A stretch of DNA of 63,348 nt, counting the filler, from Octopus bimaculoides (Eukaryota), in the NCBI RefSeq assembly GCF_001194135.2. It is 5 parts of 4 records of this genome, joined end to end, with 100 filler letters (N's around TTAATTAATTAA, not from the genome) between each part and the next. Parts side by side here need not be neighbours in the genome. Positions count along the whole stretch, not along the records: positions 30,070 to 57,600 come from NC_068986.1; 4 more parts are not named here. One strand, given 5' to 3'. The notes beneath the pieces are model-generated. The model was not told the origin of the DNA. It was given only the letters and a program-made list of their open reading frames with translations, and searched no databases. The position numbers and the translations under genes were made by a program. The first letter of the stretch is position 1. Each line of letters opens with the position of its first letter. Of the stretch, positions 43,339 to 56,792 are shown one piece after another.

Positions 43339-46300
43339 GAAATAAATAGTTTGCTTTTTTCAAACACAAATCAATTCACAACTTGAAAAATATCCATAAA
43401 AATAATTATGGATAAGAATGATGTTCAAGTTGAATAAAAGCGTTCAAAATGAACACGAGTGTTCATGGTAAAAAAAAATGTTCAGTGATAAGAAATGCTT
43501 TGTGATAATGCTTGAACATTGTTTTGAGATTCCAGTATTCCCGTTTTCTTAAAATATTTATGTAAATCCTAAAAAGTATTTTAAGAAAGTGCTTCCAAAA
43601 ATGACTGTGTATCATTTGAAGCTTTGTCCATATGATGATAGACATCATTCTTAACTACTTATAGTGTTTAAAATTCAGCTGTTTGGTTAGTGTATTTCCT
43701 TGGTTTCTCAGCTTTGTCAATGTCTTCTATTATTTTCTATACTAATACTATCCTGGTGACTGATATTTGATATCTTTTACATATCACCCACTCTTTATTT
43801 AGTACAGTGATAGTTTTTGTGAGGCCGAAGCATTTACAATGTCATTTAAATAATACTGTCAACGTTTAAATACATTTCCTGCATCCACTTTTATATTGTT
43901 GTCGCTAATATCATCGATGTTCTCTTTTGTAATGTCACCTTTTGAGTAAACAAACGGCTATGCGCCATTATAACCATTTTAGATTATGACTGTATATGGA
44001 TACTAAAAATAGATCTTGTAAAACATATAGTCTCTTCAAGTCGAAGTAAGATTAGATACATCCGGCTGGCAAGTGAGATAAGTAGCCAAAAGACAAAATA
44101 CTATTATTAGTAGTAGTACTATTGTTGTTGTTATTGTCGTTGTTGTTGTTGTTATTCTTCTTCTTCTTACCTTCATTTTGTTCTTGTGTTTGACACAGTG
44201 AGATGTATTGTGTCTCGTACGCTCAATATAGCAATATCATGGGTATCTTTTTTCTTTTTTGCTAGTAAGTGAATTTCTGTTTTTAATTCTAAATTCTATT
44301 CTGAGAAAGAGGAAGTTAAGTGCTTAAAAATAAGATTTTCTTTTGTCAAGAAATTATTTTTTTTCATTCCATTCGTAAATTGAAAACATGAGTAATTCAT
44401 GCAGAAACTTCCTCTTAAAGAAGAAAGGAAAGAAGTACTTTTTTATGGAAAGAAAGCAAATTAAAGAAAAGTATCAGAGAAATGTAATCACATAGCAGTG
44501 TGTAAATATTTCACAAGGAATAAATAATGGCTTTGTAATAGAAAATAGAATTATTAATTTGAATGTTGATTGCGATAAGGTAAATAGAATTAGAATACAG
44601 GCACAAAGATATTATTTGTGAAATGAACTAAACAGTGAAATGAATTGTATTCGCCTGCGCTAGAAACAGCAGCAGACTTCGAAAATGAACCGAATAACTA
44701 ACCGGGAAGAGAGATCTCCTTGACAGAGTTTATAACCAATAGAATTGTATCTTTGCGGGAATTTTGCATCACTTAAAGTGGAAGAGCTTTTGTCGTGCCT
44801 CAACAATGTTATTTAAGAAAACGGAGACGAGGTGATAGAAGAATCTAAGCAGGTGTATTACTTGTTTATCCATAAGCTAGTACTGCGATATCTGAGTCAA
44901 CCTTATACGACTGTCAAAGTGAGGAATATTAACAAATATCTTGATGCTTACTTTGTTGTCGTTCACCCATGAAACGCAGTACATAAATGTGGAGAATAAT
45001 TATGTATCTAGGAGTGACAAGTGCTGAAGTAGTGCTTCATGGTCATTCAAATCTTTAGGGATTCCTATGATAGCCCAAACATGCTAAGGGCTAAGTTGCG
45101 CAACTGTTGCAACACTAATGAAGGCCGAAACATCAGTCTAAGAAAATGATGACCAAGAATCAAAACATCAAGAAGTAAATATACCTGTCGTAGGCATATT
45201 ATACTGATCTTACACAAAATATGGGGATGAAAAGAAAACTAAAAAAAAAATGGGCACTATATCAAGGACATTAAAAATATGAAGAGCGAAAAGAACTCCC
45301 TAAAATGTAGATCCTAGACAAGAGGTATATGCATAATATGGTAAGAAAAATCCACTTCTCAGCATACACCAAGATCAAGGAACTCACCATTTTATTAGAA
45401 ATTATAGGATTTACAATGTTCAGAATATCAAAGTAAATCGGAATTGCCCACATGATGGTTTGCGAGAGTGATGAGCAAAGACTAAACTAAACACTCGAAA
45501 AATAGATGTTCTTGAAAAACCTGGTCAGAAGTCTATTAACAGCTTGTCCTTAGAATCGAAGGATATGAGCGATTATCTATCGACTTCGATATATGAACTA
45601 TTGACATACGTACATACATACATACATACATATATATATATATATACATATATANNNNNNNNNNNNNNNNNNNNNNNNNNNNNNNNNNNNNNNNNNNNNN
45701 NNNNNNNNNNNNNNNNNNNNNNNNNNNNNNNNNNNNNNNNNNNNNNNNNNNNNNNNNNNNNNNNNNNNNNNNNNNNNNNNNNNNNNNNNNNNNNNNNNNN
45801 NNNNNNNNNNNNNNNNNNNNNNNNNNNNNNNNNNNNNNNNNNNNNNNNNNNNNNNNNNNNNNNNNNNNNNNNNNNNNNNNNNNNNNNNNNNNNNNNNNNN
45901 NNNNNNNNNNNNNNNNNNNNNNNNNNNNNNNNNNNNNNNNNNNNNNNNNNNNNNNNNNNNNNNNNNNNNNNNNNNNNNNNNNNNNNNNNNNNNNNNNNNN
46001 NNNNNNNNNNNNNNNNNNNNNNNNNNNNNNNNNNNNNNNNNNNNNNNNNNNNNNNNNNNNNNNNNNNNNNNNNNNNNNNNNNNNNNNNNNNNNNNNNNNN
46101 NNNNNNNNNNNNNNNNNNNNNNNNNNNNNNNNNNNNNNNNNNNNNNNNNNNNNNNNNNNNNNNNNNNNNNNNNNNNNNNNNNNNNNNNNNNNNNNNNNNN
46201 NNNNNNNNNNNNNNNNNNNNNNNNNNNNNNNNNNNNNNNNNNNNNNNNNNNNNNNNNNNNNNNNNNNNNNNNNNNNNNNNNNNNNNNNNNNNNNNNNNNN

Positions 46301-46559
46301 NNNNNNNNNNNNNNNNNNNNNNNNNNNNNNNNNNNNNNNNNNNNNNNNNNNNNNNNNNNNNNNNNNNNNNNNNNNNNNNNNNNNNNNNNNNNNNNNNNNN
46401 NNNNNNNNNNNNNNNNNNNNNNNNNNNNNNNNNNNNNNNNNNNNNNNNNNNNNNNNNNNNNNNNNNNNNNNNNNNNNNNNNNNNNNNNNNNNNNNNNNNN
46501 NNNNNNNNATAAATAAATAAATAGATTAGTGTACATTTATACACAAAGAGACAAGCTTT

Positions 46560-46910
46560 TAGTCCAAACCACAGTTAGGAGCAATTTCGAAGGGAATGAA
46601 AAATTTAAAATATTACCATGTTTTACAGCCGGACCTAAGGTTTCGATGTTTAATTAGCAAATAAAATAATTTGGAAGGTGATGTTCTCATCAGCGGATAC
46701 GCCAAAACATCAATATATAAATTAGAGACCAAATAACACGTGTCTCATCCTTATATATTATAATTTTTCAAATCCACCGCGCAAGCGTAGTTTCAATCGG
46801 CAGCAAATAAAAAATGCCGATTAAACCTCACAAATTGCTAAAACCATTTCTTAAATTCATACAGGGTAGGAAGAAGTTATAGAAATTGGTCTTAACTGTG
46901 GTTTGGACTG
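46560..46910. mobile_element. MITE-like element (about 350 bp)
   Basis: AGTCCAAACCACAGTTAGGAGCAATTTC versus GAAATTGGTCTTAACTGTGGTTTGGACT, a roughly 28-bp TIR. Confidence 0.6.
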
Positions 46911-47077
46911 TTTGACTGTAGTATATTAGGCAAGCCTCTTTGTGTATAAATGTACACTAATTTTTATATGAAAAATATGTCTATTGACTTTGTATACATA
47001 CCAGGCCACTGGTAGAAAAAAAAATTTATAATTTATTCCTACCCTATATAAAATTAAGAAATATATATATATATATC

Positions 47078-48334
47078 TTGGGTCATCCCATAAATAATGC
47101 GGTTTTTTCAATTGCTTCAGTGGGGGACGAGATAAACTACCTGCATCAACTTGCTATAAAGGCAGGTAGTAATTTTACCTTGTCCGTGTTCTTAGTGCAA
47201 GCTTTGAAGAGTGCAATTTGATTTTAACAGTTATATTTTCAAAGCTATAAGGAAAGTGACAATGAGGTATATTCGACATATTTTGCTTTATGAGTTCAAG
47301 AAAGTGCGAGGAATGTTAATGCAGTATATAGGGATCGGACAATAAGCGTAAGCCAGTGTCAACGGAGATTCCAGAAATTCAGACTCGTAAACTACAGCCT
47401 AGAAACGAGCCTCATCCTGGAAGATCTATAAAACCTGGCGAGGACGTCCTGCAAACCCTGGTGGAACAAAATCCCATCGTAACTGTTCAGGAACTATCAG
47501 AGAAACTTGGATTTGGTCATTCACCCATTCATCGATACCTGCGTGTCATCGGTATAGTCAGCAAATTGGGTCAAGGGTTTCCTCACACATTTCCGAGACT
47601 AATCGCGCGCAGAGAGTGAATGTGTCCTCTTCTTTGCTGCTACATTTCACGGATGAACCTATTTTGGGGCTGAATAGTGACTGGTGACGAGAAATAAGTT
47701 CTCTATGAAAATGCCAAGCGCTGAAGACAGTCGGTAGGGAAATGAGAAACACTGGTACCCCGGGCTAAAGAAGGTGTTCACCCACGTAAAGTGTTGTTAT
47801 CTGATGTGTTTTGTGGGATATGAAAGGTTTAGTCCACTTTGAACTTTTAAACCCAAACTAATCGATAACGAACGAGATCTATTGCGAGTATCTTGAGCGA
47901 CGTAAGTCAGTGCTAGACGAAAAATGGCCATCTTTGGTTTCAAGACGAAAGGTGTTCTTCCGTCAGAATAATGCTCGGCCACATACAGCAAGGATGGCAT
48001 TCCAAAGACTGGAGCAGTTTGAATGGGAAACGATGCCCCACCCACCATATTCACCGGGCATTCCCCAATCTGATTAAAATTTATTCCGCAGTCTTCAAGA
48101 TCATTTCGGACGAAAAGAATATGAATTCTGTAGACAAAGTCAGAACAGTACTGGAAGAGTATTTTTCGTCAAGGACGAGTGAATTTTGGAAAAAGGGCCT
48201 TGCAGGTCTACCAGATAGATTGCGGAGTATCGTAGAAAATGAAGGAGAGTATATTTTAGATTAAAAAAGAACTTATCTTAATTTTGAAAAATAAAAGAAG
48301 TATGAAAAACCGCATTATTTATGTGATGACCCAA
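47078..48334 (+). mobile_element. Full-length but decayed mariner element (about 1.26 kb; transposase pseudogene)
   Basis: TIRs TTGGGTCATCCCATAAATAATGCGGTTTTT / AAAAACCGCATTATTTATGTGATGACCCAA, with TA on the right flank. Frameshifted transposase pieces: LVEQNPIVTVQELSEKLG, IVTGDEK, HPRKVLL, NARPHTA, YFSSRTSEFWKKGLAGLPDRLRSIVENEGEY. Confidence 0.9.
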
Positions 48335-49026
48335 TATGTAACGATTTTCTGTAACTCTTTTGTGCATGTATAACATTTTAAGGTGTCTTTATACGTGGTT
48401 TGCAACCTTTCTGCTCCTTTCCTTCTTTTTAATTAACATTCTTTCTTTACCACTGCATATTTTGGAATACATTTGTATACTTTTCATTGAATGAATAAAC
48501 CGTAGCATAATAATAAAGAACGAATAATATTTTTTTATTATTGTGGTCTTTGACCCATCTGCCACTTTGTTTTAATGCTACATATGTCTATTTTAATAAT
48601 TGTTGATTTTGTCTGAGTTGAGTGTTGTCATAATCAATATATTACTCACTCTGAATTTGATACTGAGTGTGGATAATAAAATTCCGGCTAAAATAGCCTC
48701 GTATAATTCGCTAAAAAATAATACGGAGCTGCTATGGCTTCAATGAATGCCATCAAAAGGTATAGGTTCGTCGCAGACAAAATACTTGCTTTCTGCAAGT
48801 AGAAGCTAAAGAAATATATTTGTGGGTCGTATCCACGCGTTCGACTACTTGTGCGTGTCATAGACCTACTTTGTCTGATACTCAAAAAGATATCCGACTA
48901 TTACACGAAGGAAAATGGACTTCGAAAACTTGGGTGCTTTTATGTGTCTGCTTGACCTGCTAGAAGTAGCAGACAAATACCTTAGTAGCTTCTTCAAAAT
49001 TTTCTGCTGTGTCAATAGGCATTTAC

Positions 49027-49077
<51 letters not shown>

Positions 49078-51426
49078 ATACAAACACAAGTACACACACG
49101 CACGCACACACATACACAAATACATACACAAACACAAATATACACACACATGTGCTGTGATGTTGTGAGATTACAGGTTCGGTCGCGTAACTGACATGGA
49201 TCGGATGTATAGTCTGTATGGGTAATGGATATATTATAATTTGCTCTTGCGCTTGTCTTAGCTAGGCCTAGGAGTGATTATTCGGATAATGCAACCAGAG
49301 GGTTAAAGTTTTTAATAAGGTTTACCTCCATTAGCAACAATAAGATAGGCCATTTTCCTACTGAGGACTACTTCAAGACAGTGGAGCATATAAAGTTACA
49401 CATAGAGGTGGATTTGACAATTGCAAGAGTAAGGAGGGCCCTTGTAAACGATGCTACCACTATGAAGGTTTTCACATTTTGTTGCCTACATTATTTCTTT
49501 TGTAATGTGAATTTTGCATGCATGCATTAGAAAGTTTCCAGAGTTAGTGTCGGTCTCCGACTGTTAAATATTTGAGACTCATGAATGATTTTCTTTGGTT
49601 TAATGAATGATGCAAAATTAATAGATTTTGTTTGGCCGAATGTAAGATGTTATAGCTTTTCGGATTGTGGTTGACAGTCATTTATGAGTCAGAAATTCTT
49701 AAGGGACAAAAACAATCACCAAGTTTTAAGGCAATATTCATATCAGAAAAGAAAATAATACCGGTAATATTTGGGGCATTTATCAGGGTAGAATCAAAAT
49801 GTTGAAGAATAGAAAAGAATCTAAAGTTAATTTAAATATGAATATCAAACAAATCTGATTTATATCATTGCATTGCCACAATGCAATGAGGAATTTAAAA
49901 TACTTTTATATTTCAAAATATATGAGGGAAATAGAAATTAGAAAAGGCAATGAAGAATACTTTCTAAAGATTTTCAGTCTGAAAGTAAGCTGGAAATAGC
50001 AACACCACAATCACACACAATTACAGTTATATTAATTAACTTAGGTCACTTGTGTTTGTAAAGCTATTGGCAGTAAAAGGGCTTACACCAAAGATACTTT
50101 CTTTCAGGTGTGATTTAATGTACCATTAAAAAACTTTTAATTAACTAAATTTTACTTCAACAGATGTTCTTGTAAGAATTTGGGGCTAGATTAAGTAACG
50201 TTTTTTTAAATCTTTAGATATATACTTATGTATGCATGTATGAGTGGTTGAGCGGGTGTATGTATGTGTATGTTAAGATATATGTGTGTGTATAATTATA
50301 TGTGCAGTCATATGAGAGCCCCTTCTCCAGTACTGATGCCTGCCAAAATCTATTTTCACTTCTAAAGTAAATTACTCAAGCCAACCCCAACAAAAAATTG
50401 TCGTGTTCTGGTTCTCGATTGTTCTGAGGTGATGATTAGTTGAGTTACTGACTGAAAATTTATCTCGCAGGCCGCGTGAAGAAATAACAGACAACACCCG
50501 CGAACAATTAATACATATATGTTACAGGGTAATATTATTTGCTGATACATCCCTAAAATTGTCCTTGAGAATTTATAGGAGGGCAATTTCCTTATGGATG
50601 GAAGACAAAAACGGACAATTTACTCCCTTAATTCAACTAGAGTCATCAAATTTCTTTCAAATACGTTTAGGCATACGGATGAACGAGTAAATCTGTGGTT
50701 CTGCACATAGAGTTTTAAATCTGTCAGTTTTTTGCAGATACTAACAACAATGATCACACACTGGGAGAGACATGGAAATAATTGCGCTACATACGTGGCT
50801 TCGAAAATTCTTGTCTACAATTGGCCATCTGTCTTAGTCGGCTGGATGTGGCGAGGATGGAAGTACAACATTCTGCATGGTAAGAGGTGAGACGTGTGAA
50901 TGTTGAATTCCGTCTGTTCAAGAACCTGGAGGTGTCTGCGTAAATGTTCCTGGAAAAAGTTGTGGACCATTTTGCTCAGCCACCTTCAACACTGCGCGGC
51001 GAGAGGTGAGACGTGTAAATGAGTCGACTCATCTCAACGCTCTGAAAAGAGCTTGGACGCCAAAAAGTGGCTTTATATACAAAGAGAAGACTCTAGAAAA
51101 GAGGGTTCAAGGAGAAAATTCTAGAAAATTGAATCACGCGATGGCTTCATGCTGATTTAGCTGTTTAGTAGACCGATCACGTGAAGCTACTGTGGTTTGA
51201 TCTTTACGTCTAACCGATTATCTTCCGGGTTCGAATCCCTACTAGAAGCTAATCATTTTACTTATACATTCAAAGCAAGCCAAACTACTAAAACCTCCGT
51301 TTACAAATAGTGTGTTATAGCAACTGCAAATAAATCTCAGGGAACGTCTAAGCCCTGTGTCTCTAACCAACTTTCTCATATCAAGAATTTTTCAGTTTGT
51401 AGCGATGTGTCCAATATTTAACACGC

Positions 51427-51475
<49 letters not shown>

Positions 51476-52795
51476 CACACTCCGTCATCTATTTAAATTT
51501 TCTTTTTAATCTTGTTTTTAATCTTTATAATTTTGTCTTTCATTTTTATATCAGCATTTATATGATACATGTGACACACCAACTGTACTTCATTCGGATG
51601 AGTGTTTTAAAATTTAAAAAATTTAAGCAAATACTTTTCACTTAAAAATTAGAATTTCACTCTGCTAGAACAAAAAGTAAGATACAATATTGACTTCTAG
51701 ATCTTCAATATATTTCATAGTATATTATGGCTGCAAAACGAAATACTGAGTCCTTGCCAGTAATTAATACTTACTTATCAGCTACCAGAATTGTATCTAA
51801 GTTGGTCTATCCATGGCGGTATTTAAGCAATGCGTTCATGGATATGTGATGGGTTGGATGTGGTGCTGATAAAAGAGCAATAAGTCTTGAGATATGCATA
51901 TACACCTACTTTATTTTTCTATCTTCGATCGTATTATCTTTATAAACGCATTCGAGTACGAAACGTCGTAACGTAAAGTACTGGCTCTGAATTCTATAGA
52001 AAATCTATACCTTATGAGTTAAAAATGTAAACAGACTCTATCATCAGTGGTCTCTGATGAACTGGGAGCGCGAATATTGAATAGGTTCTTGCATTTTGGC
52101 TTTCTTTGTTCTGCGTTTGCTTGCAGTATTTTTCTTTGTGGATATTGTTGACATGAAACTTCTTTTTCATGCAGCTGTAGCTCAAGGAAAGACTGTTCTC
52201 TGTTGTTGAACAGTTTGTGGAGCTTAAGGCCATTAAAAAACCTCTTAGTATTGCGGAATCTGATTTTGTATAAAAAATTGGTTCAGTCGAAAGAAGTTAT
52301 TTTAGAAAGCAGAGATTATTTTATGCTTTGCATTAAACCATCCTATTCGAATTTGTATTTGGAATTATGTAAAGAATTTTCACGTGATTGACATTCAAAG
52401 CTGAACACGATATTTGTATTTTAGCATAGAATGATTCTAATGTTGTAGATTAAGTATACATTCACACAAGTATCACACACACTCGCGAGCGCGCGCACAC
52501 ACACACACACGCGCACACATACACGCACATACATATACATATATACAAATTTACCTATGTATGTTTATTTCTGATCATATGACGGTTGTTGAAATGATTA
52601 TCTGTTTGGTTCTTTTTTGCCAAATAACAACGTTACGAAGACGTAAACAAACCAACTGTTGTTATCGAGAGATGAAAAGGAGAAACAGACAAAAAGGCAA
52701 ACTCTTAACACACTCGCACACACATACATACAAATAAACAGACAATAATACATATATGTTATGGCGAAAGTGCGGATAATTTTTTCCCTTCCCCT

Positions 52796-52887
<92 letters not shown>

Positions 52888-55800
52888 TGTGTGTGTGTGT
52901 GTGTGATTGTAAGATCCTGGGATCTAGGTGTAAGAAGTTAAAAAGCTTCGAGTGATCAGTCGAAGTTGAGAAAAATAAGAATAGTTTATCGACATCGAAG
53001 GTTGTAGGTTTTTCCCATATCTCAGTTCGATAAGCTGAAAAGTTGTTTTATAGTTCACAGTTACCAACTAGGGTTGCTCTGAATGCGAATAAAAATCCAA
53101 ATTGAGAGAATGGAGCCGGTAAAATTCAGGCTATATATGTTCCCTTACTAGCAAATCCTCGGAAGTAATAATTGCTCAACAAGGGATACTCCGCTAGCTT
53201 CTCACCAGACCGAAGTTACCTTAGTTAAGGAACTCCAAGTTAATTCGCCACAGATATAATTTTAAATGAGCAGTAAAACCGGAAGAATGGTGTGAAATAA
53301 CAAAATAGAAAACCAAATTTATGAAAAAATAACTAGGTCGGTAAGAGAAAAGAGGGAAGAAGTAAAAAATTTGAGAGTGAGAAATTTTCTGAAGTTGTTA
53401 AGAATAAAGAGAAGTAGAGAGGTAAAAGAAAGTGGGGTTTAGGTTGGATTGATGCTGACTTTAGTGCAAGGTCGATGTCAATATTAGGGTGAGGTCACTT
53501 TACTATATCAACGGTAAATAAATATATAATCACACCCATACATGTACATTGAAACAGAAAATATGTCTTCTTATAATCTTAAACAAATAGAACAGGGTAA
53601 TATTATTTTCTGACACATACTCAAAATCGTCCTTGAGAATTTATAGGCGGGCAATTTCCTTATGGATGGAAGACAAAAACGGAAATTTACTCCCTTAATT
53701 CAACTAGAGTCATCAAATTACTTTCAAACGCGTTCAGGCATATGGATGAACGAATGAAACTGTAGTTCAAGTATGGTACTAATTGTTTATCTTATCTATA
53801 TTAACATATACAAAACTCCAAGTACTTTCCACAAAGGGTGTATTGAGCATTTCATGTATTTGTACCATATGAACAATATTTATTTCTTTATTGCCAACAG
53901 GGGGCTAAACATAGAGGGGACAAACAAGTACAGACAAAGGGATTAAGTCGATTACATGACCCCAGTGCGTAACTGGTTTTTATTTAATCGACCCCGAAAG
54001 GATGAGAGGCAAAGTCGATCTCGGTGGAATTCGAACTCTGAACGTAGCGGCAGACGAAATACCGCTAAGCATTTCGCCCGACGTGCTAACGATTCTATGA
54101 GTTTGCCGCCCTATAAACAATATTGAAATACATATTTGTTTTTTTATATGTGTGTTAATTTACAAATATCAAATAAACAAATATGTGTTTATTTATATGA
54201 AATTACTTCATATACAAGTGTGTCACACATATGTTTATGAAATCAACGTTTCTAATTTTAACTTAATATTTATTTAATGATCTTTCGAAGCAAAAATAAA
54301 TCTCAGGTATCACCTGGGGAAATTATTATCAAAGCGTTTGATTGTATGATGTTCTAGTTAACTGTTTATTTTGATATGATTTTTTTTGTTTGTTTTCTTT
54401 CTTTCATTACACGCCTTTTCACTTTATTTTTAGAGTAACACTCAAAACACAGCTAATTTCCACAGAAATACATTGAGTGATGAAAATAATCCATCTCAAT
54501 ATGCGCCATCTTTCCATAAGTAGTCTACTAAAATAGTCTTACTTTCAGAAGTGAACCATCATAAAGAAATGTAATTTTCTATAGATTCTTTTGAAGATAT
54601 GAACTTGTGTTTTATTTTAACTTTTTATGTATAGATTATGTATTATTTGTATTGCTAAATATTCTTTAATTTACAATTTCAAAATAATGCAATAATATAT
54701 TCTTTTCAAAGCATGCCGCCTCTATTTTCAGTCATTTATACGTTATAAATATTTGAATCAACTTTAGTATTCTCCTTGAATAACATTGAAACCAGTGGGA
54801 TTTGATCATGGAAATGGAAGGATACAAACCAGCGACAGTATATCATCCATTCCAAATCGATTTTCTCTGCTTGCAGACCACGCTGAGAACAAAAAACATC
54901 AGTAACATTCATGCATAATACTTTCAAGAGAACGCACTGTTGTTTGAGTGAAAGTGACTCTTAAATGAACGCTCTCCAAGCTCGCTGTATTTTATTGGTG
55001 AGTTGTTTGTTGATCAAATCATCCCAGTGTAAAATCCTTTTTGTCTCTTCTATGCATTAGCTCTTTAAATGATAGAGATGTTCTTTTCAACATTTGAAAT
55101 AACAAAATTTTGTACCATATAGAAATACATCATTTTAATTTTGCTTTTTCTCGGGAGCATTACCAATGTAAATTAAAACAAATATAACATGAGAATCTAA
55201 CTGACAGTTTTCCCGAGAAGTGTAGATTAATTCATTTTATTATTTTATTATCAGGTTGCAGAGTTAAAGGAGATGAATAATAGTGTTGTGATATCTATGT
55301 CTAACTCAGAAGCAAATGCAAAGAATTTTCTCTCTCCTGGAAGCGATACTGGTTCATTTGCTGAACAGAATGAAGATTACTTTAGCTATATTTGTGTCAC
55401 ACGAACTACGTTTGCCTTTTCCACCAATCGGTAATCATGAGAATCAGTAAGGGAATATTATGGCTGTGGCGGTGGGTCTCCATCTTTTGGTGGTAATAAT
55501 TCAGTTATTCAACCAATAAAACAGCCTCCACATGAATTAACGTGGCTAAACCCACATGGAATTGTGTGTGTGTATGTGTGTGTGTGAGTTGTGTTAGTGT
55601 CTGTCCACGCTATGCCTTTTGAATTACAGGTACAGTCTACCCTCGACCTTCCGGTCAGTTTCTATCAATGCATCCATCGAAAATGGGATCACGTCGTTTT
55701 ATAGAGAACTTTTCAATTATTCGGCTTTACTGCACCAACGTATAGGTTTGAAATATAGGGAAAAATCACGATAGATAATAATAATTACTAACGCAAACAC

Positions 55801-56055
55801 ATGGCCACACGTTAATGATAGTCAAATCCAGTCCTGCTAGAAGTTCATATGAGAACGTAAAAAGACCTTGTATTACATTCCACCAATTCTCCAAACCAAC
55901 GCCATAGCAACAATAATGACAACGGTTTCAAACTTTGGCAAAAAACCAGCAATTTTAGGAAAGTGTGCAAAGTCGATTGGATCGGTCCCAACGCTCAAAT
56001 GGTACTTATTTTATCGACCCCGAAAGGCTGAAAGATAAAGTCGACCTTGATGAAA

Positions 56056-56123
<68 letters not shown>
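56056..56123. repeat. (TAG)n microsatellite
   Basis: Pure TAG run at the tail of a SINE family B fragment. Confidence 0.9.
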
Positions 56124-56124
<1 letters not shown>

Positions 56125-56480
56125 GCGGCGGCGGCAGAGTCTTAAAGGATGCCTATGTCTTGTAGGCCATTTGTATATTATTTTTGCGTAAAACGAAGTA
56201 ACTCTCTTAATTCAGACGCCAGCCATAGCATTTTCAAATATTTTGTTATGAGCAATCACTCTCAGTCCGCTGTCTTAGAGAAGAATACAACCACTTTGAC
56301 CTCCCCATAGTTTTAGACGTATAAGAGGGTTGCTTCTTGTCCTTATTTGTAATCTTGAGTGAAGATGGTTCTATGGCCGTTGTCACAGAAATAAAATGCA
56401 ACCTGCTTCCCACTGTTCTGACCCACACACCAGCTAATGTATTGGAATAGGCTTAACTTGGGCATTCTCACGTACAAACA

Positions 56481-56512
<32 letters not shown>

Positions 56513-56522
56513 TCGCAATATA

Positions 56523-56565
<43 letters not shown>

Positions 56566-56721
56566 NNNNNNNNNNNNNNNNNNNNNNNNNNNNNNNNNNN
56601 NNNNNNNNNNNNNNNNNNNNNNNNNNNNNNNNNNNNNNNNNNNNNNNNNNNNNNNNNNNNNNNNNNNNNNNNNNNNNNNNNNNNNNNNNNNNNNNNNNNN
56701 NNNNNNNNNNNNNNNNNNNNN

Positions 56722-56787
<66 letters not shown>

Positions 56788-56792
<5 letters not shown>

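Noticed and set aside
52036-52075. TCATCAG-TGGTCT-CTGATGA hairpin containing a CUGAUGA
   Set aside because: There is no following stem II/GAAA core and no box D partner. It is likely a chance palindrome.
56246-56428. Minus-strand peptide with ISVTTAIEPSSLK, faintly like the MULE TTDFEP motif
   Set aside because: The similarity is too short and lacks the catalytic Asp, so it cannot be supported.
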